A DNA stretch of 62,550 nt, filler included, from Kipferlia bialata (taxonomy: Eukaryota): NCBI GenBank assembly GCA_003568945.1. It is 6 parts of 6 records of this genome, joined end to end, with 100 filler letters (N's around TTAATTAATTAA, not from the genome) between each part and the next. Parts side by side here need not be neighbours in the genome. Positions count along the whole stretch, not along the records: positions 31,348 to 41,688 come from BDIP01001452.1; positions 41,789 to 52,127 come from BDIP01001453.1; 4 more parts are not named here. One strand, written 5' to 3'. Position numbers and translations under genes: made by a program. Of this stretch, positions 37,564 through 52,127 are shown one piece after another (the first letter of the stretch is position 1; each line of letters opens with the position of its first letter). Under the pieces are notes generated by a model. It made no database searches. It was not told where the DNA came from and worked only from the letters and a program-made list of their open reading frames with translations.

Positions 37564-39144
37564 ATGGACGTGTCCTCCCCAAGAGCCGTGTCTCTTTTGT
37601 GCTATGAAGGAGACTCCGACCCTGAGTGTGACTTGGGGCAGACACTAGGCGATCAGATGGAAATCACGGACGAAGAGGTCTGGGTGATCCATGTGAGCTG
37701 GCTGTGTAAAGGGTACGTCTCTCTTCGCCCCTCCTTGCTCAACTGAGCTATATATAATTATATATATTGCAGCACTATATGTATTGCATATACTATATAT
37801 CCACTGCGCTGCAACGTGGTACATATGCAGCATTTGTAACATATGCTTCTCTTACCTCAGGATATTGACGTCTGATTACACAAGTCTGTATGAGCCCTTG
37901 TATGACAGTTCTGACGCTGTGTTGTGTAAGTACCTGAAAGGTTGGATCGAGAGAGGGAGAAAGGTCACTGAGGAGGTGATGAGACGTGGGGTTAGGTATG
38001 ATATATGATATTGAGGTATGATTATGGTCACTGATGTGTTTTGGTTGGGTGATTACTCATTTCAGGTCATTGGGGCGAAAGTATCGGAAGCGGGTTGTCG
38101 CATTGGGATACCTCTCCCAGGTAGGGTCTCTCTCTCTCCTCCTCCTATAATCCAATATACATTGTATATCACATCTATAGACTATATATAGACTCTATAT
38201 ATCATACCTCTCCCAGGTAGGGTCTGTCTCCTATGGATGATATATAATACTATCTTAATACAATATTGTATTATTATTAGTATATATTATATCACATCTA
38301 TATACTACATATAGACTAAATAGACTATACACATCACACCTATAATAATTATAATTGTAGATGACGTCATTGGGCAGGATGTATTCATTATTATACTCAT
38401 GTATTCATTATATTATATAGTCTACATATTATTTATTATACTCACGTCCAGGAAGAGCTAGAGCATTACATGGACTTGGTTGAAATCTGCGGGCCCCCTT
38501 CCTCATACGACACGTGGGAGGAGAGGGAGTGTGTATACTATAGTGTGTTTTTCCCTCTCAGGCATGTTATGAAGGAGATACTGGACGATATGTTTGCTTG
38601 TGGGTTGGATGAGTGGGGCAGGTGAAATAGATGGTATAGATAGTGTAGAAGTATTAGGATTGTAATGGTGTCTGCAGATCCCTCTGTCATTCTAGGTCTG
38701 TTACCTGTTGTATATATAGTATATATATAGTAGTCTCTCTGTTACCCGTTGTGTTGGGAGGGCACGAGAGGTATTGAGAATCAATGTGGAATAGAGTTCG
38801 AGGAGAGAGCAAGCATGGCCCTTCCATACCGGGTATGGACCATACCGGGTATGGACCATACCCCCTCTCTCTCACACTTTCTCTCTGACCTTAAGAACCT
38901 GTCCGCCTTCATCGACTGTATACTCTCGGTGACACAGTGTAACTATGGATTATGTACCCCCCAGGTACGCCAGCAGGTGTCATGACACCACTATAAGGTA
39001 TATACCATTACTATTATATACCAATATAATGTATATGGTTATTCACACACATATGTACCCTATTTCCCTTCACCCCTCATATCCACCTGGCAGGTGGATA
39101 TGATGGCATCATACCAGGTGCCACCTGGTATGATCCAGGTATGA
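37564..39144 (+). CDS. Hypothetical protein, about 9 exons
   Basis: MDVSSPRAVSLLCYEGD / ILTSDYTSLYEPLY / VIGAKVSEAGC / EELEHYMDLVEIC / HVMKEILDDMFAC / NLSAFIDCIL / VDMMASYQVPPGMIQV*. One junction near 38680-38740 is unresolved. Confidence 0.5.
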
Positions 39145-39304
39145 TCATTGTGGGAAAATAACACTTACAACAGTGGGAACCATTTATGCTGCATCCCAAA
39201 GAAAACTAATACATAGGCCTTACATTAGACCCTCTTCACTCAAACCACCAAGATACATCAATCAATCAATCAATGGTGACCAATCAATCAATCAATTACA
39301 TGTC

Positions 39305-40081
39305 CTAGAGCAGGCCCGCCTGCTGGAGCTTGGCCGTGAGGGCCTAGGGGTGAGAGAGAGAGAGAGAGAGGTGATCAGGGGGGAGACACGATCTAGAAGG
39401 CCCTAGGGGTGAGAGAGAATGATTCACTGAGGGAACGATGGTTATTAACAGTAATTTGTACCTGGATTCTGCTGTCCTTGGAACATGAATATACCCACCA
39501 AATATACTAATTATATACCTATTATACGCTATAATATACCTGGATTCTGCTGTCCTTAAGCCTCACCAGCTGCTGGAGCTTCTGGACCTGACAGTTGGCA
39601 CTAATACATGGAATAATAATAGTAAAATATTAATTNNNNNNNNNNNNNNNNNNNNNNNNNNNNNNNNNNNNNNNNNNNNNNNNNNNNNNNNNNNNNNNNN
39701 NNNNNNNATATAATATATATTATACAATTATATGAGCCTCTGGACCTGACAGTTGGCACTAAGATATGGAATAATAATACTCATATATATATAATACTCA
39801 TGTAATAATATAATTATATGAGCTTCTGGACCTGTCAGTTTGCATCAAGACATGCAGTATAATACTCATATATATATATGTATATATATGTATATATACA
39901 GACACAATATACATATGGCACATGTACCTTGAGGCCTAGAATCTCTTTGATCTAATGATATACATGCATATACACACAATACAAAGTAAGTACACATTTC
40001 CATACCTTCAGGTCTAGAATCTCGTTAGCCTCCCTGAGCTCCTGGTTGAGAGAGGCCAGCTCGGAGGGGGTCTAGGGGTAG

Positions 40082-40119
<38 letters not shown>

Positions 40120-41631
40120 GCTCGGAGGGGGGGTAGAAGGAGGGACAGAGAGGGGCGACGGGGTAGGTGTGAGAGAAAATATATGCATGAATCTTACCTC
40201 CTGGACCTCCGGCTCAGTGGCAAAACTATATAAATATACTATATATATACTATATATACTAATATTGAATTACCAATCGATATTCATATGCTAATACAAT
40301 AATGGACATGTACCGCATATAAATACAAACACAATTACATACCTCCTGGACCTCTGGCTCGGTGGGGTACTATATAAAGAGTGTATGTATTATATATATA
40401 ATATGTATATACTATATATATTATATATAATGTATATAATATGTATAAAATATATATATAACACCATAACATACCTCCTGGACCTCTGGCTCAGTGGGGT
40501 ACTGGGGCTCCTCCTCATACACGTCCTGATACATTAATAGGTATATATAAAGGCATATGGATGTATATATATATATATAGATAGATAGATAAGGTATAGA
40601 GATACACTGTGACTCCTCCTCATACACGTCCTGATACATTAATAGGTATATATATAGGTATATGGATGCATATATATATATATAGAAAGATAGATAGATA
40701 AGGTGTATAGATAAACTGGGGCTCCCCCCCATACCCACCCTGGGGTGAGGAAGGTATGGCATATATATCGATATACATGTCTATACCAGGGGGTGACTGG
40801 GACAACTGTCCATGTATATATGATATACATGTATATACCTGTGAGAACTGCCCTGGCGACATCTGGGCAGAGTTTCCCATACCCCTAGATCCCTGGAAGT
40901 CAATGGAAGTCAATGGAAGTCAATGTGAATACAAAGACTGAGTATGGACCATGATGTATACAAACATGCACACACCCTACATCTCCCGTCCCATGCTCTC
41001 CAATACTCATATATGTATACAGTACCTATATAATGATAAAGACAGGCAAACTTTCCATATACATATATATACCTGCATCTCCTGCTTGTCCCCCCTGCTC
41101 TCCCTGGCCATAATGTATATATACACACGCATATCCATAATTATATACATATACATACTATACATACTATATACATACCTGCATCTCCTGTCCCCTGCTC
41201 TCCCTGGCCCTAATGTTCATGATGCCCTTCTGCACCCCAAGCAGGATCTTCTCAACGGCACCTAGACATTAGTATATACATATTAAGATACTATAAGCAG
41301 GATCTTCTCAACGGCACCTATGGGTTAGATGGGGATGTATACCCATGCTCACACACACATATATACACATATAGGATACTGATGCACTTCTGCACCTAGA
41401 GATTAGTAATTACAATTTAGTACACTACATACATATGTAGAGGAATAAAACTGTGTCTTCTCAACTGCAGCTGACAGTCAGAGAACAATAACTAATGAAA
41501 TGACTCATCTGACCACATAAATAGTTCACACACACACACACACACACACACTTACATATATTATATATACATATATATATATATATATACCTGGTGTCCC
41601 CCTGACAGCTGCTGTGACATCCTCCGCGTTC

Positions 41632-41633
<2 letters not shown>
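39305..41633 (-). CDS. SPEF1: SPEF1/CLAMP-like flagellar microtubule-binding protein, 5' partial
   Basis: End of the CH domain (EDVTAAVRGTPGAVEKILLGVQ) and C-terminal coil EANEILDLKVQKLQQLVRLKDSRIQALTAKLQQAGLL*, matching the SPEF1 L..KV..L..L..LK..RI..L pattern. Confidence 0.75.
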
Positions 41634-41688
<55 letters not shown>

Positions 41689-41788
41689 NNNNNNNNNNNN
41701 NNNNNNNNNNNNNNNNNNNNNNNNNNNNNNNNTTAATTAATTAANNNNNNNNNNNNNNNNNNNNNNNNNNNNNNNNNNNNNNNNNNNN
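41689..41788. other. Artificial scaffold spacer
   Basis: N44-TTAATTAATTAA-N44. Confidence 0.98.
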
Positions 41789-41852
41789 ACATGGCAGTGC
41801 TTATTATCCCTACCCCCCCCCCCCCTCCCCCTTCCCCTCCCCCTTACCCTAG

Positions 41853-43020
41853 TGCTGAGGACATGGAGTTCCCAGATGAGGTGGACACACCTTGCGACGT
41901 CCCTGTGCGTGAGAAGTTTGCCGGCTACCGAGGCCTCAACTCCTTCCGCACCTCCCCCTGGATCGGTGCCAAGTACGAGCTGCCCGAGGCCTACTCGGCC
42001 CTGTACCGCATCTCCCACCCTAGGGAGGTCGAGAAGGTGGTGCTGGAGGAGCAGGCCAGGGGCATCGACTGCGCCATGCCAGGCCAGTACGTGGTTGTTG
42101 TGCTGAGGGAGTGCTCCTTCAAGGGCATGGGAGGTGAGGACCAGACTACCAACACCCTCGAGGGCGTCATGGGTCTCTACGCCAACCAGGCCCCCGTCAC
42201 ATGCTTCGGCCTGCTGAGGCACGAGACCAAGATGTCCCTCTGCCACTTCAGGGTCAAGCGCCACCCCGTCTTCTCTGCCCCTGTCGATGAGGAGGGCAAC
42301 CCTCTCCCAGACACCGAGAACGAGTACCTCATCAAGAGCGGGGACCCCCTCGTCATCCAGTACGGGTTCAGACGTGTGCTGGCCTTCCCCACCATCAGTG
42401 AGCACCTCTCTGATCCCAAGCAGGACAAGGCGAAGATGGTCAGGTTCTTCCACGAGGGCATGAACCTCGTCCTCTCTGCAGTGTGTCCTGTGGCACTCAC
42501 CAGGCCCAACGTGCTCATCTTCAAGCCTGTCGACCCCGAGCAGTGTCCCGAGGCCGCAGGAGCACCCCTGAGGCTGGTTGCCACAGGCACGGGCCTCCCC
42601 CCCAACGTGGACAAGCTGATCATCAAGCGTGTTGTGCTGACTGGCTACCCCCTCAAGGTGTCCAAGATCACTGCCTGGGTCAGGTACATGTTCTTCAACA
42701 GGACCGACATCAAGTGGTACAGACCCATAGAGCTGCAGACAAAGTACGGCCGCACCGGCCACATCACACAGCCCGTTGGTCTCCACGGTCTGCTCAAGGC
42801 CAGGTTCGACAAGCCTCTGCACCAGGGCGACACCGTCATGCTGAAGCTGTACAAGAGGACATTCCCAGACGCAGCCTCCACCCTGCCCTTCGGTGTATCT
42901 ACTCTCGAGGCCTGTGGCAACGCCATGACTGCCTACCTCGACAAGGAGGAGGATGCTAGGGAGGAGGAGAGAGCCAGGATCGAGGGACAGGAGAAGGACA
43001 TTGTCGACATGGCAATGTAG
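41853..43020 (+). CDS. TSR1: 40S ribosome biogenesis factor TSR1, terminal exon (5' partial)
   Basis: FPDEVDTP..RE.F..YRGLNSFRTSPW, GLLRHETKMS, IIKRVVLTGYP, VRYMFFN..DI.W..P.EL.TKYGRTGHI..P.G.HG..KA.FD; acceptor ttaccctag ends at 41852. Confidence 0.95.
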
Positions 43021-43475
43021 GAGTGATGGTAATCAGTTATAGCTTTTGTGTTTGTATGTCTATTGTTCGTTGCTTCCTTAAATCTATGACTCCATTTTGA
43101 CTGCGGGTTGTAGTGTAGTTTGTCTTGTGCTCCATAGAACAAGTGTGCGTTGTGGGTTTTATCGGTGTTGCTGATGTGAGTATTAGTCTCATGGACAAAG
43201 CTTGGGTTCGCCTGGCACATACTGTAAAATATTGCATCCTCTCCCTTAGTAGTAAGAACTCTCTGGTAGTGTGACTGTCAGAGCAGAGCTTTCACTGACA
43301 CTGACTCAGTGACTGAGTGACTGATTGAGTCCGGACCCTTATTGCAAAAATCCAGAATTCTCTCGCGCCTTGGTCTGGCTAAAGTACGGCATACACGCCC
43401 TTTCATTGCACTCAAGTGCACTTATAAGACTGAACGAGCGATCCGTGCGTCATACTGCCTGAGTAGACTGTTTCT

Positions 43476-46400
43476 ATGCAGTCTGCGAGATCGGCGCGCA
43501 CGCCTCGAGTACCTGAGGAGGAGGCGCACTCACTACCTGATATAGACCTGATCCCAATATCGACCAATGACCTTCTCCACAGCCTGAGAAGGGATGTAGC
43601 AGAGGAGGTTAAGGTGCTGCAGGGGTACGAAGCAGAGAGGCTCAACCACTACCTGCGGCCGAGTGGGTCCTCCAAGACAGAACTCCAGGCAATACCCAGA
43701 CCGGTGCCTGAAGGTATCCTATGCCTATACACTGTTCATACTAGCGTGAGTGTGTACATATTTTTCATAGTTGGGTTGCCTGTGTTTGTTATCCTCACTG
43801 TACAAATACCTGTCTCTTTATCATTATCTACTATACTCATCTGTTCTCCCACCCCGTCTCACCTGATAGGGGAGGACCTTATCAGAGCCAACACTGCGTC
43901 TCTGAAGCGCTTTGGAGATGTCCCTAGGCCCGCCCTCCCCCTTGTGTGGGGAGACCTGCTCACCCAGCAGAACCTGAGTGCCGCCACTCCTCTTGTGTCT
44001 GTCCCTGCTGACCTGGTGGGTGTGCTATGGGACTATGGGATGAGGGCGGCTAGAGAGGCCTTCCACATGTGGAGGCTGTGTCTGCTGCGGTACAACAGGT
44101 GCCACACCAAGGACGTGATGGCCAGTTCCCAGGCCATACTGGAGAGGATGCTGGTGACCCATGAACAGGGGTGGCAGAGCAAGAGAGAGCTGCTGGCCCG
44201 GCTCAAGGCAGTGGCCAAGGAGGGCAACATCAAGCTGAGCGAGGCCTACATACCCCTGGCCTCCCTCCCCACCCCCGGCCCAGACTCCCTCCCCCCCGGT
44301 CTTGTGGAGCCTGTGTTTGAGGTGGCCAACTCGAGTGATGCCTTTGTGACTGTGGATGACTGCCTAGGGGTGGCCAAGACGATGGCTGTGCCTCTGACAG
44401 TGGTAGATGAGACCATGCCCAGGCTGCAGTGGCTGGGGGAGAGCAAGAGGGGCCTCATTCTGCGTCTGGCCGTTGATGCCTCCATGCAGTCTGTGTCTGT
44501 GCCCACTGTGGTGTGTGAGCAGGCTGATGCAGACCGCATGCTGTCGGGTCTGCTGCCTCTGTGTGGGTCAGATGCCTCTAGTGTCAACGCCACAGACAGT
44601 GAGAGTGTTGTCTTGCTGCAGAGGCGGTTCAAGGATGAGGTGTCGCAGGTGATGCAGTCCCTACAGGTGGCACTGACTGGTGAGGTCAACACACAGGCAC
44701 CCCTGCTGCTGGTCGAGCCAGCCTCACTGGACGGCACCATCCTGTGCCCCGCCGCCACCCCCCACCCCCCCTCCCCCCAGACGGTCAATGTGGAGGCGTC
44801 TGAGACTAGGGTCAGGGACGGACCAGACACCGTGGCACCCTCCACCAGCCTCCTGACTGGGGGCGGCACTGATCAGGTGTTTGGATCAGTCCAAGCCACA
44901 GTCCGTACCACCCTGGCTGCATCCACCCCTGACGTGGCCCCAGGCCAGTTTGTGCTCAAGCTCCTGAGGCAGATGAGTGGTGAGCATGCAGCCCTAGTCA
45001 AGATGGGTGGCCAGGCATGCCACGTTGCATCCTCCTCCCTCGATGCCCTGTATGAGCTCAGGCATCTGGCCATCCTGCATCTGAGAAGGGAGATACTCTT
45101 CCTATCCAACCAGTGCAGTGCGGTGGTCCAGTCTCTGGCCTCTGACCTCTACTCGGGCCATGCCACGGACATGCCGGCTGTCTTCCTCCCTGCCTTTGAC
45201 CCCAAGGCCTTCATCGAGTCCCAGACAGACACGGCCTCCTTCTACACAGTGGACCCCCATGGGCTGGATGTGCTGAGTGCGGCTGGGGAGAGGGTGTTAT
45301 TGCAGTCTGCCCTGGATGGTCTGGAGGATATGGACGCCAGACACCTTGTCCTGGCCAGTAGGGTGGTGGCAGCCACGCCCAAGGACTCACCCACCGTGTC
45401 CAGACCTGCCCTGCTGGTGTCTATCCTCAGACTGGAGGTGGCACTGCACAGGGCCAAGAAGTCTCTGCTTCTCGACCTCCAGTGCGGCCTCCTAAACTGT
45501 GTCGATGTGCTGCAGAGCCGGTCTCTGCTGATACTCGCCAGGAGGGTGGCTGCCCTGCAGGTGGAGTTTGGGCCTGACTCCGACCCCCTGCCCTACGCCA
45601 CTGCCAATGTGAGGGCCATAGAGGGGTATGCCAAGACCCTGCACTGCCTGATGACTGCGGCACAGGCCGAGGTGGGGACCGACATCGAGGGACACCCCAT
45701 GGACGTGGGTGGAGGTATATCGATGGGCATGACCGACATCAACCCGGCCCTGGCCCAGGCCGCCATGACGCTCTCCACCCTCTTCGATGTCTCTGACGCC
45801 GTGGCACATGCCTTCCCCTCTCTCTCCCCCCAGTGCATAGCGTCAGGGGTGGGCACTGCTGCCCATATGGAGGTGCTGTATGTGACTCAGAGGAGGAGGG
45901 ACGCAGGCCCCCTCTCTGACCTCCCCGCCCCCCTTAGGCTGGCTGGTCAGTTTGGGTACATCTCCCCTGACACCGTGGAGGCCACCTTCGAGGTAGCCCT
46001 CAAGGAGGCACTCGAGAGGGCAGAGGAGGTGGACACTAACTTCAGCACCGACGTCATCAACTCGGAGACAGTTGCCGGGCCCTCTGCCGCCTTCCTCACC
46101 CCTAAGCGTCTGCTGGAGGCCATCCCCTCACCCCCCTCTGGCACCGAGGCCAGGCTGACAGCGTGTGTGGGTGCGTCCTCCCTCAGACAGTGGAGTGGAT
46201 GGCCCCAGACAGAGTGGCCCATACCCATGCAGGTGTGCCAGAACATACTGAATGTGGTGTATGCAAAGAGGCGTCTCTGGAGTGCCACCCTCGAGTCTGC
46301 AGTGCTTGGCCAGATATACGGAGCACAGTGTGAGCTGCTGGGCCTCAGTGCCCGTCTTGCCCTGGGTGACATGGAGTGGGAGGCCCTGGAGGGCAGGGCC

Positions 46401-49400
46401 GAGGAGGAGGTGCTCAGGGAGAGCAAGAGAGAGCAGGCAGACATCGGTGTGCAGACTGCCTTTGATAGGTCCAAGGGCGTGTCATTGGAGCCCGAGGCCG
46501 TGTCCTTCTTCGCCCATGCTGTAGATGAGATCACACCCACCGACCTCCAGGGCTTCGTGTCCCTGATATCCCTCAGAAGACAGGTGGACCTGTCTGCCTC
46601 AACCGTCAGGTCCTTCGGGTTTGACGATGCCTACGATGCCCCCACATACTCTCTGTGTGCCGGGCCAGCCCTTGTACAGAGGGTGGCCCAGGCCCAGCTC
46701 ACCTTCTGCTCCCTCTTGGTAGCCTGTACCCGCCTCAGCCAGCCCGCCCTGGACCAAGTCAGACGTACCCAGCTGACAGCCGAGGCTGAGGTGATACAGT
46801 CGCTGGGGGAGGCCACGCTGATGTCCAGGGCCAGAGACGCCGTGCAGAAGGGTGACACCTTTGTCACCAGGAGGGTGGCACTGGACGACTCTGACCTCCA
46901 CACGTCGGGTATGAAGGTGGTAACAGAGCAGGACCCCCTCCTAAGACTGGACAGGGTCACCTACCTGGAGGCCCTGTACTCCGTGGTGTGGCAGGACCTG
47001 CTTTACATAGTGCCAGTCGCACAGGCAGGGAGAGAGATGCAGGGCAGCGTCATCAACCCCATGACAGTCAGGTCTGCGGCTAGGAAGAGGCTGTCCCAGC
47101 ACCACAAGAGAAGAGCGGACGCAGTCAGGGACGCCGTGGCTCTGAGTCAGGACGGGACTGACGCAAAGGCGGCCGTCCTCTCTCTCCGCCACGCCATGAT
47201 CTCCCCCTACCTCTCCCTCATCTCCAATGCCATCCGGTCCATAGCTGTGTGTGCCCAGATAGCCGGTGTCGCAGCCACCTGTGTCAGCACCCTCAAGAGT
47301 GTCGACACTGGGTCTGTGCCCTACTACGTCAACGAGGCAGATGCCCAGGAGCCCACCTTCGCAGAGGACTGCACCATAGGCTCCTTCTTTGCTATCCCCG
47401 ACCCCCGCTTCTGTGCTGACCTACTCCCTACCAAGGACATCACGCTGCCAGTGCCCACTGCCCTTGTGGCCACTCTCTATGCACTCATCTGCCACTCTGA
47501 CATACTGTCTGTGCTGGCACTGATGCAGACCCTGGAGGGGGGTGATGTGGGGTCCCAGGTTGAGCTGATAGCCCAGGCCGTGCACACTGTGGTGCAGGAG
47601 GCAGACAAGGAGGAGAGAGCTAGTCAGGCACTCAAGTATCTGGCCAAGCGGCGTGACACCCTAGTCCTATCTGTCCTTCCCTGTCTCCTCACCTGTCTGA
47701 GGCAGAGTGCCCATGCTGAGGCAGAGGCCGAGTACAACCACTGTGCCAGCATTATTGCTAGGTACTGCCGGTCGTTCCAGATCCCCCTGGGTGTCAGCTA
47801 CTACTCCTTTGATGGCATGCACAATGTCAACCTGATAGCACAGTCCATGGGGGACTCAGCAGGGGGGGACCAGGCACCCAAGCTGGAGTGCCCAGCCACG
47901 CCCTCCTTTGCCCTATCCTCCGGCCCCTTCCTGATGTCCCCCACCCTGCCCCTGCCCTCTAGGCCCATGTCTGGCAAGGCAGTGTCCACTCTCTACAAGG
48001 CAGTAGTCGACATGGCAGTCGGTACAGAGAGGGAGGGGGGTGCCAGTGTGGGTGTGCCTACTAGAGGTGCAGGCCATGCACTCAACGTCAGGGGGTCTCT
48101 CCCCCGTGCCCAGCTCCCCAGGTGTGCCCAGGCCGTGGGTGCTGTGGACTGCTACACATCATGGTCCCTGCTCTGCCACCCAGGGTACCTCACCCAGTCC
48201 AGGGTGGTGTCCCAGCTATCAGGGGCCGAGGCAGAGAGTGGGGGAGAGGGCAGCCTGTGGAGAGGTATGGGCCTGGCCGGCACCTCTGACGTGTACTGCC
48301 CCCTGGCCTCTGTTGTGTCTGCCGTCAAGGCCATCCAGAGCCAGTCCCTCAAGCTGGCCATTGTGTCTCAGTCCCTCAGACTAGAGCTGGAGCTGGAGGC
48401 AGAGCTCTCTCTGGTGTCAGAGGACCTCACCCCTTCGCAGAGGGAGACAGAGGCCCTCCGCACCGTGGCCTCTCTTGTGTCCAGCTCCAGGGTGTGCAAC
48501 CTGTTCAGCTACATCTCCCTGCACCGCACACACTCCATGTTCAGCCCAGGCACCATGTCATCCTACTCCACGGCAGAGGACGCCTTCAACGACCAGGTGC
48601 TAAGGTCCCTCCTGATCGACATAGCCCAGGAAGGCAAGCACAACACTCCGGAGTCACTGCTGGTGGAGATACAGGCAGACCAGAGAGTGGTGGACACTGC
48701 TGTCTCCAAGTACCTGCGTCACCTGAGGCTGACCTCTGACCAGACCCTGACTATACAGAGGGAGCATGCCCTGCGGGAGAGGGTCGTAGCAGAGGGCCTG
48801 CAACGCATCGAGGCAGAGTGTCTGCGGTGCTTCAAGGCTGCCATCCAAGAACTGAAGGTGGCCATCGAGGACAACAGGACAGAGACCATCCCCACCCAGG
48901 AGCACCCGACCCTTCCCTGGGTCCCATTCTATGCACACACCACGCTCACAAAGTTCAACCTCTCCCGCATCGACGACTCCCACCACGTGCGGTCTCTGCA
49001 GCGAGACCTCCTGGGCAGGGCCGAGACTGTGCACGATAGCAGTGGCACTGTGTACATGATCCCTGCTGACTCACTCGTCAAGGCACTCGACGCACACGCA
49101 GGTGGGTGCCAACGTGTAAATATCAATTTTCAGTGTATATTTATTCAAATATCTCTACCTCATTAGCTCTAACCCCCAGAGAACCTGATTGAGTGGCAGA
49201 CCCAGCTGATGGGCACTGTGCAGAGGAGGGCCACCATGATGGTATCCACCCTGAAGAGAGAGGCAGCGGAGGCACATGCCCTGGCAGATGCTAGGCAGAA
49301 GAGGCTGGAGGCAGTGACAGCAGAGGTCGGACGCAGGGTGGACTCCCTGGCTGCACTGTCAGGGTTCAGTCAGGTAATGATGCATTGGTGTATACAGAGT

Positions 49401-49625
49401 CTTACTTAGCATCCACCCTGTCTACCCCCTCTGACTGTGTAGGTGACTGCCTCCACCCGTCTGAGGTATCTGGCCACCGGTCTAGCCTCTGACCTGGAGA
49501 CCCTGGAGGCAGACCTCAGGGCAAAGATACACGGCGAGTACAGCGAGAGGCTGCAGACACTGGCTGGCAGGCTGCTAGCTGTGGAGGATAGGGCCATCGA
49601 CTACAGGTATCTGGGTATCCATCCA

Positions 49626-49657
<32 letters not shown>

Positions 49658-50821
49658 CATATATATTCCCCATCTCTCTCTCACCCCAGGGAGGAGCACG
49701 GCCAGGCTGTCCGTTCCACCCTGCATGAGGCCAGGAAGGACGCCCTCAACAAGTTGGCAGACAAGCAGCAGCTGGAGAGTGTCAAGTCTGCCCTGAGACG
49801 CTTTGTGACATTGGACGATGAGGCTATGCAGCTAAGGACAGCATTGGAGACACAGTGCAGACTGACAAGGAAGGCTAGGTGGGTGTAGTCCTTATATACA
49901 CACACACTATATTCCCTACTGTAACATTGTATAACCCTGACCCCTAGAGTGTTTGGTCAGATGCGCATCTCTTCCTTGCAGTCCAGACTGGGAGAGCAGG
50001 TGGAGTCCCTCACCAGCCAGATGGAGAGAAAGACAGCCATGCTCAGACAAGTCAGGGCGCAGCAGGTGAGGCAGGGTGTGAACATGTATTCCAGTCATAA
50101 TTCCACTGTTGCTATTGATGTATTCTCTGTTTCCCCCTCACCCCAGATGGCCTCTGAGGACATCCTGCGCAACCAGCTTTCCCAGACCCAGGAGGCCCTG
50201 TCCAAGAGCGAGGTGGAGACAGCAGCACTCAGACAGAAGTTGAGCAAGTTTGGCAGGCAGCGCGACAACCTTCTCCAGTGGAAGGGCAGGAAGAGCAGAG
50301 TGCTGACCAACGTATCCCAGCACCTGGGAGACCTCAACGCCTCTGCCCAGCTTGACTCTGCCAGGATGCTAGAGGCCTTACACAAGAGCAGGAGTGAGGG
50401 TACTCAGCTGAGGCGGGCACTCGACCAGCAGGAGCGGATAGCTGACCTCGAGCAGCACAAGCTGAGCCAGCGCATAGCCGAACTGACATCCGCCCTGCAG
50501 CAGGAGAGAAGGGTCAAGAGAGACGCGGTGGCCAGGGCGGAGGAGACTGCGGCCAGACTGGCGGCCCTACAGCAGAGCGGCACAGCGGTCAAGGGGGTGC
50601 AGGGACAGAGTATCAGACGGGCAGTGCTGTCAGAGACAGAGGGGCTCAGACGCGAGCTCTACTCTGCACAGCGTACCGTCAGACGTCTCAAGAGCGCCAA
50701 GCCTCGGGGTGTGTCTGCCCGGCCGTCCTCTGCCTACCACCCCATGGACGAGGAGGAGAGGCCCCAGACGTCGCTGGGCCTGAGGCCGGTTGCCAGGACG
50801 AACCTCCCATTCCTTCAGTGA
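43476..50821 (+). CDS. Large (~2300 aa) hypothetical protein with C-terminal coiled coil, possibly CCDC162-like
   Basis: Exons approx. 43476-43713, 43870-49101, 49180-49373, 49443-49606, 49690-49878, 49948-50065, 50147-50821, all phase-compatible and GC3-rich. The family suggestion is weak. Confidence 0.8.
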
Positions 50822-51178
50822 GGGTGCTGCTACTAGGCTTAGTAGTAGTAGTCTGCTAGGGGGTACCTATTCTGTCCCTCTATGTGCACCAGGGGTGATT
50901 GTCCCAGTGTACTGTTGTCTCCCGTATGTTTCTGTCTTGCTGTCTTGTTTACCGCGCCATGGCCTAGGGTCGTGGACACCTACTCACTCGTCGTGTGTCT
51001 GTGTACACTGGAGTGACACTTGTATCCATATACTGATATGTTGATACCTCGCAATAGATTGTTTGTATCTTTGGCTGTTGGCCTCGAGTATCAATCAATA
51101 ATTACCAACTGTCTACACACAACGCTAACATGGATCAAAAATGGGTATCTGTTATAATGAATCTATACACGGTGACAC

Positions 51179-52058
51179 TCAGTTCTGAGACCTCTTAGCG
51201 TCAGGACCGGCAGGAGCCTCCTCCTCCTCCTCCTCTGCCTCTGCCTCTGCCTCTCCCTCTTCCTGCTCTTCAGTCTCTGCCTCTCCCTCCTCCCCACACT
51301 CTCTGAGGGCACTGCTGTTGGACACAGTCATGTCGGCCAGCATGTCAAGGCTCTGCTCCAGGCTGGACAGCATGTCCTGGGCCTCCTCGCACTCCTGTCT
51401 CTGCCTCTTGCGGCCAAAGATGAGCCTGGGCTTTGCCTCGTTGAGCTGGGTGGCGTACTGGTCGGCACCCTCCCTCACTGCATCCAGCCACAGCTTGGCA
51501 CCCTCTATCTCGTCCATGGCAATGTACGCCATGCCTAACAATAAGCGAACTATAAACTCATATATATACATGTAGTGCATACCGATGTGGGTCTGTGCCT
51601 CAATCTTGAGCAGCATGGTGGTGTGGGAGGGGTTAGGCACGCGCTTCAGGTGCTCAACCGCCTGTATCAGTATCAGTATACATATACACACACATATATA
51701 TATATAGATACAGATGATGATACCTGTATCATGTGGGCTGCTATGGCCTGGTGCAGGTCACTGTCCTCGCCCTCGCTGAAGTCTGTCCCCGAGTGGAAGC
51801 AGCACTTGCCCATGGCGTGGTAGGCCTCGCCTGGGGTTAGGAGATAGAGGGAAATAGGGACAACGCACAATAGACATGAGATACACACCCTGTAGCTGGG
51901 CGGCCCTGACGTCTAGCTTTGACCCGTAGAGTGGGATGGAGCCGAGGGTGGAGGCAGCCAGCCTGCCCAGCTGGTACGCTGTGTCATAGAGCATCTGGGG
52001 CATGAGGGAGGTGGGCGTGTCCTCGTCCTCACGCATGGACTGGAGCTGGGCAAGGACC
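51179..52058 (-). CDS. TPR-like helical protein with acidic tail, 5' partial
   Basis: Exons approx. 51891-52058, 51724-51830, 51583-51661, 51179-51533; GEAYHAMGKC, AQTHIGMAYIAMDEIEGAKLWL, Glu-rich tail ending PDAKRSQN*. Confidence 0.7.
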
Positions 52059-52127
52059 CTGGGGGTGAGGGAAAGGGAAAGGGGGGAGGGGGGGGGGGGG
52101 GGGGGGGGGGATAAAAAAAATAAAAAA

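Noticed and set aside
41737..42822. 361-aa minus-strand ORF
   Set aside because: Antisense shadow of the GC3-rich TSR1 exon, running into the N linker.
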